A stretch of 42,556 nt of DNA from Phoronis australis (Eukaryota; Animalia; Phoronida). Below are positions 36,554-42,556 of the stretch, one piece after another. A program made the position numbers and the translations under genes. Where the stretch lies: the NCBI GenBank assembly GCA_002633005.1, contig NMRA01001163.1, forward strand, positions 1-42,556, in the 5' to 3' direction. The notes beneath the pieces were generated by a model. That model had not been told where the DNA came from. It saw only the letters and a list, made by a program, of their open reading frames with translations, and made no database searches. The number at the start of each line of letters is the position of its first letter. Within the stretch, counting starts at the first letter, position 1.

Positions 36554-39500
36554 GATTTATTTTGTTTCTCTGATCTCCCAAGTATGATCTAATATACTTT
36601 TTGCCCACGATTTCATTTATGTGCATTTCAAACGGAAAACGTTCTATTCATGTCTTATCGTTTAATGAATGAAAATAGTCTGGCTCACCGATCGGCCTAC
36701 GGTCAACATCGTAGACTATGTTGTGTATAATCTATAATAAACATGAACAATAACATTTTGCTAAAAACATTTCAATGCATCGTGACTGTACATAGGATTT
36801 ATAACTAAAATGTATTTCGGGTGATTGTTAATTGTTACTACGTGATGATTGCGTACAGGCCAAGGCCCCCCACCATGACTGGTGCAAGCAAAAATTACAC
36901 AGCAACAGCATGAAGCGTGAGAAAATATCGAGCCCAACGGTAGAATTCCGGAACACAAGGTCCGTATCGCCAACCCCCACAACATTCGAGCCACCTGTGC
37001 ATACAATCGAGCTTTGCCCATTTCTCCGATGTGTCATGTTTGGCCCCCCTTGTGGTATCCTAGATCCGCCACTGGCGTAACACTGTTTAGTAAGTGGCCA
37101 AGTAGTGCAAGTGCAGTTAGCTAAATCATCAGCTGTTAGTGGTGGAAGAAAATGTAATCTGAATTTCTCTGAAAACCTTCATTGAACTTTCTTGTTTACC
37201 GATTAAAAAATCCCCCAAAAATTGTGGCCCAGGGTTTTCTTGAATTCTGGGGCCAAATGCACCCAGTTGGCCCAAAGTACATGTAGTCAATGCATTTTAG
37301 GGTTCAAATGGCCAAGTGCAATGACTTGACCAACTTTGTAATTATATTAAAATTATGCCTTAGTAATCACACTGTTATTTACAGTAATTCTAACCAATTA
37401 CAAGGTGCTTCACAGCGAATTTTTAAATAAAACTTTGAAATTGGGAAGATTAACTTTCTAGTGCTAAATTTGGTTATCTTTTTGAACCTAAAGCACAGTT
37501 TATATCCTATTATCTCAAAAGCTGTTAACTCCAGTCATCTGATAATTTACACTTTCATTACACGGAAAGATGTGATGATGATAAGTCACAGACACATACA
37601 GTGTATGTTCCAAGGACTGGTGGTAAATATATTGACCTAATTGTTCACCCAGTAATAGTTTGCAATATGCATCATAATGAACATTCAGTCACAACAGCAT
37701 TGAAAAAGTTTTATTTTATCGAACATCATCATGGACCAAATAATTTTGCCTTTTTTCAAAGTATGTTACACATTTTCACTGACTATAACTACAAGCACTT
37801 AGCAATTTAGGGATTTGCACAAATCTGTGGTTTGCAATCAACTTCTGTTTTATTGAGCTGACCTCCACTTTTACATCTGACTACAATGAAACATCAATGA
37901 TGTGTGGACACATGGAAGGATACAAAGTTACATAATGCACGAAATAAGAGGTCATTCCACTTGAGCAACATAACTGTGTTTAGAAATAAAAAGACAGAAT
38001 CAATCTGCACACCTTTTGACAAATTGAATGATACATTTCACTTCAAGTAAATTTTTCCCACTAAAAACATCAGAAATTGCAGCAACATTAATTGAAAATA
38101 ATTTTATTTCTACTGTCCATTGAGCATCTAATTATCATTCCAGAGGAGAAAATAACAGAACATCTAGGTACTTTCATAGTTCATAATATTATTCATTGGC
38201 TACAACATCAGCCGTTGCACAGTTTCAATTGCACAGAACTTGTCTAACACTTCACCTGTGGCTAGAGAACAAAGAACTGTCAAAAGTAGTATGTTATTGC
38301 ACCAGCAATTGTAGGAGGTACTGAAAGTCAAGGCTTTGTCGCACTGGCTGAGCATAGAACAGACATTACGTTGTACGTTTTGTTTGAATGGACTTAATAT
38401 GAGCATACAATCAAGATTAATAAAGTGATGAACTCGAACCAGTGTTGAGTCTACCATTGCATCAAAATATTAGAACAGATCGGTGACAACCTGTGCCCAC
38501 CTACTCATGGGGTAAAACGTGAAAAGGGCTTAGACTAACAGACTGGGGCTAAGAAGTCACTAATGGAATGCTCTCACAAACAGAATTTTTTCACACATTA
38601 AAAGTCCTGTTTGAAGCATTTGCTTTGGTTTGGAAATTACTCCCAATGTTAGGCATGGCTTTCATGAACTTTGAGACTATATGAAATTTAAAAGGCCTAT
38701 TTATTAACATAGGATATGTGGGAGAGCCATGAAAACAAGGAGAGGTGAAAGTGTAAGAGGAGGTAGAGGAAGGAAATGGAAGTCAGTCGCTACAACTACT
38801 CTAGGTCCAGCTTCAGTGACCCCAGCTCATCGTGGTCTGCAAGGTTATGCATCTTAACAAGATGACGTACAGGTACTTTATCATGAATAACAAACACGTG
38901 AAAAAACAACTCAAAAATCCTAGTTCAGAGAATAATTTATGACTTGTAAATATATAGAATATCCAATATTTAACATTCTATGTCATTTTACATCTTAAAG
39001 AAACAAGGAGCCATTACATTTTACGCATCTGTTATGTGATGTGACATCAACTTTTGAATAAAATTCCAGTTTTTTCTAGTAGTGAGGTGCACTTGTAGCT
39101 AAGTGAATTATAAGAATACAAGATGGCATTAATCTCTCATTCCGTAATTAGTGAAAAATCTCCTAATTTTCAGAGAAGAGTAAATGCAATGACCAAATGA
39201 GCAAGTGCGACACCTTTCGGAGAAGGAGGTAGAAAGAGAGTGTTGAAGCTTTAACAGAACAAATCCGAACATCACTCATTCTTTGTAAGACACGCTGATG
39301 AGAATTGGAAGGGAAAGGAGGGTGTCATCAAAACAATAAATTTGCTATCGTCCACGGTTGAGTGTGCACCAGCTGCATCATGAATTCTGTGGACACCACT
39401 GAAACCTGTAGACAACGTGTCATCATAGTCTCCATAGCGGTACATATTGATGCTATCTCCTGCAACTTCCTCCCCAAGAAACTCTTCATCTCCAAATCCA

Positions 39501-39699
39501 ACATCGCTAATATCCACATCATCAAGGATACTTTCTGGACTGCAACAAGAGAAAGGGTGATGATCTTGCCCTTTAGAATTTCAAAAACGACACAACACCT
39601 AGCTCCCTTAACACACTTGAAGAACTACTAAGTAACAGGGCTCGCGTTATGTGCACTGGAGAACAGTTGAATACAATTCGTTCAGAATTCAAATGTTTT
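36554..39699 (-). repeat. Right arm of the large inverted duplication
   Basis: Outer end TTCAGAATTCAAATGTTTT (39699) mirrors AAAACATTTGAATTCTGAA (32413). Inner end GATTTATTT (36554) mirrors AAATAAATC (36160). The spacer is 393 bp. Confidence 0.95.
38237..39200 (+). pseudogene. Three phase-compatible decayed exons (38237-38317, 38713-38872, 39174-39200); mirrored on the - strand at 34384-34464, 33240-33399 and ~32912-32938
   Basis: AG/GT boundaries with phases 2-2, 2-0 and 0. Consensus peptide TCLTLHLWLENKELSKVVCYCTSNCRRICGKAMKTKRGESVRGGRGRKWK...DVQRRVNAMTK*. TAA at 38855-38857 in this arm. Confidence 0.4.
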
Positions 39700-39777
39700 A
39701 TACATATATCGTTTGATGAAGCCTTACGATGCCTTCGTTAGTCATTTTGCAAGACCTAATGGTTAGTACTGTGAAAG

Positions 39778-39844
39778 GATTTCTGTCCTGTCAGGGCTTC
39801 CAACCTGAGATTCATTGCTGTCCATGCACTGAGCTATTATGACC
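39778..39844 (-). mobile_element. Degenerate tRNA-derived SINE head
   Basis: Minus strand has TAGCTCAGTG (A-box-like, 39827-39836) and GGTTGGAAGCC (B-box-like, 39795-39805) with shortened spacing. Confidence 0.35.
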
Positions 39845-42465
39845 AATCGTCAGTAGAAGATATATTTCAATAAATACATTAACATTGTCAGCACTGAACA
39901 ATAATGATGTATTTTTATTAAAAATTGGATAACTCAAAATTTAAATGTGTACACAATGGTTATGTTGCACTTACAGTTATCGCCCAGGTCATCGCATGCT
40001 AGGTCCTCAGAAACATCAATCAATAGCCTGTAATATAGAGAGTCAAAAATGTTCGAGTGTTTCTCTTTTAAAGCATTTGTCAGCCTGTATTTATTGGATT
40101 TCACCACATATCGCCTAACCACGATTAAGTTATGATAAAAAACACAATCCATGTACCACATGGTCTCTATATTTGGAACTCAGAAAACAGATTTAGGAAA
40201 TTCTATCCACAACACACACTTATGACTTGATGTCACAAATTTCATGGATTGTCTATGCTACTGATAAAAACTCCTCAAAATCCCAACGTTGCCTTTGAAT
40301 ATAAATTTTTAAATTATACAGCAATCAACTTCAAAAAAGAAAAAAAAATGTCAAATTCGGTGCAAAGACATGTATGTGCAAATGCAATCAGTGAATTCAA
40401 CTCTGCCCACACTATATTCAAATAAGTTGGGAATACCAATGTGTCACGTTAAAAACACAAATATGACAAGTTTAGTTGCAGGATGACCTATAAAACCATA
40501 CGTAATAGGTGGTATTTAGTCAAAAGGGTCACCAAAACTGCTGCCCATCTCCTTTTTGATGTATTTACTTTTAGTTACATCTTTGCAAATCACAAATATA
40601 TACAGTGCATGTAAACAGAGTATGCAAAATTCAGTCATGCTTAGAAGAGAAACCTGTGCACACCATTCCTGACCATACCAGACATGTAGAAAAATCCATT
40701 TTATTGGAATATACCATGCAAAATATATGCACAAAATATTTCACGATTCAATCATCAGTTAGAACACTAAATAGTTTGTTGTCAAGATAATTCATGAGCA
40801 CTGACTAGTTCCCCCAAATTTTAAAGATCAGGGGCCTGTTCCAACAGAACTAGCTAAGACAATTTTCAACTTTTAATCAATTTTAAAATAAAGTTAAATT
40901 TGTCTCAAAACCAATTCAAGAAAGTGTTTGACATACGTTTTGTCTTAATTTACCAAAATTGCAAGTTTCAAAGTTTGGAAGTTAAAGACAAATCTTAGAC
41001 TTAAGAGTGCAGTACACTTCAGACCAGGCAAAAATCCATGCAGGGGTGATAAACCCTATGTGACGGATTTGGATCATATTATGCATTTTTGTTTACTTTC
41101 TCATGGTAATTACTAAAATGCACTTTAAACAGATTCTATCGCGTTAGGTAGCTTAAAAGTCGGGATACCTCAGTTTTCACTGAAAAACACTATCAGAACT
41201 TACCCCAATAATCACAGTTTTCGTGACATTGTAAGTAATAACAGAAGCTACTAGAATATGAAATAGCTACCGTTTTGTATAAAGTCATCCATTGTCTTCC
41301 TAAAAATGAAAAATAAAAGTGTCAAGTTGCGCCTTAAATTCCACATTTTGGGGTTTGAAGGGTCATGGGGTCATACAAGCAGAAAACATGGATAACTTGC
41401 CCAGGTTTGAAAGAGTCAATCTCAGCTGAAGCCAAATTTTACACTTTGAAACTTAATCGTGGGTTTGATCTATCTTAGTAGAATAGATATTTGGCATCAA
41501 AACTACCGGCAAACACATGTCTTCATATAGTAATGAGCAATTGTTCGCAGGCACCTCAGCCAAAGTGAGCACTTGTGACAATAGCTACTAGTCATCGAAA
41601 ATGTTAAGTTTTGAGATTTAAAAGTGCTTAAATGGTTGTTAAATTATTGAGATTATTTCTTAGCAAATAAAATTCGATAAAATTAGTATTTTGTGTTTTG
41701 TTTTTTTTACTTTGAATTACCATTTTGATGAAGAGCCCTTCAGGTGTCTCTGATATCACTGAAGAAAAAATGGCTGATGAGGTGGTGGAAGTACACTCCG
41801 AAGCCCTATAGTCGTCCGCCTAAGCATAAAACCGGCTTGTTGTCTTACTCACCCAATTATTCCACTTCAAAGTTATGATCTGAATAGGACTTGATTTAAC
41901 TCTCACAAATATATAGTATTTGTTGATTCAAACGTTTTCTTTTACTTAAGCCGAGTTGCTCAACTGTGCATTGCTTTTCGGCAGCCATTTTATAATGACA
42001 CCTATGGTCGTCATGTGCTGCCGCCTTTTGAAAGGACAGAAAACCACACAGAAAAAGGCCAAGAAAATAGTGGAAAGTGGTTTACAGCAACTCTACTTCA
42101 ACCACAAACTGTTTTACTGGTACGATATCGATTTTTAAATCGATTAAAATTGATTTAGAATTTTATTTCTGGAAAATAAATCACAATTGTTTTATTCCAG
42201 GCAGACCTTGCTTATTTTGTATTTGTGACCTCTTTATTTGACTTTTTGCTCTTGTTGTTCTTAACATCACTTATCTCTGCTGTCCTTCTTTTTCTTTTCA
42301 GTTTCTCTTCATTCTCTGTTAACACCTTGTCAGCCAAAACAGAACTGTAACCCTTTGAGACTTGGTAGGCGGAAGTTGATCATTGAACCTCGATACATTT
42401 GTTCTAATAAATTACCATAATTGTATTGTTTGATTTTTTCTCATCTTTAACAGGCTTCTGCATTC

Positions 42466-42488
42466 ATAAATAAATAAATAAATAAATA
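42466..42488. repeat. (TAAA)n microsatellite
   Basis: ATAAATAAATAAATAAATAAATA. Confidence 0.9.
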
Positions 42489-42556
42489 CCCAAGTTGCAT
42501 TTGAATTTTATTGCTCAATCTCTTCTTTTATTTTTGATTATGTCATGCTGTGTTGT

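Noticed and set aside
41770-41822. ATGGCTGATGAGG... as a gene start or hammerhead
   Set aside because: The ORF stops after 13 codons; the core has GAAG and there is no stem I.
1725-42138. The ORFs of the six-frame track as protein-coding genes
   Set aside because: All are 60-135 aa, many start at GTG/TTG in eukaryotic DNA, and most lie in repeats. Only the Gypsy, LINE and inverted-arm fragments show protein-like motifs.

Overview
AT-rich eukaryotic (metazoan, probably marine invertebrate) intergenic or intronic DNA. No ORF in the supplied track is an intact gene. The window is mostly transposon debris and local rearrangements. It holds a degenerate Ty3/Gypsy pol fragment (15.2-16.2 kb, - strand), a CR1/L2-type LINE fragment, two tRNA-derived SINE heads, several palindromic MITEs, Helentron/HINE-like remnants with terminal hairpins, and a 2.6 kb non-autonomous DNA transposon with GGGCAATT ends. 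A Penelope-like fragment carries a minimal hammerhead ribozyme motif. There is an old ~2.36 kb tandem duplication and a 7.3 kb fold-back (inverted) duplication at 32413-39699, which contains a templated 577 bp insertion and decayed spliced exons. Comparing paralogous copies inside the window shows repeated TA->TACATGTA / TACAGTA changes, which match Tc1/mariner-type excision footprints; at least 15 TACATGTA sites are present. All calls are by eye, with no database search, so family assignments are inferences from motifs.
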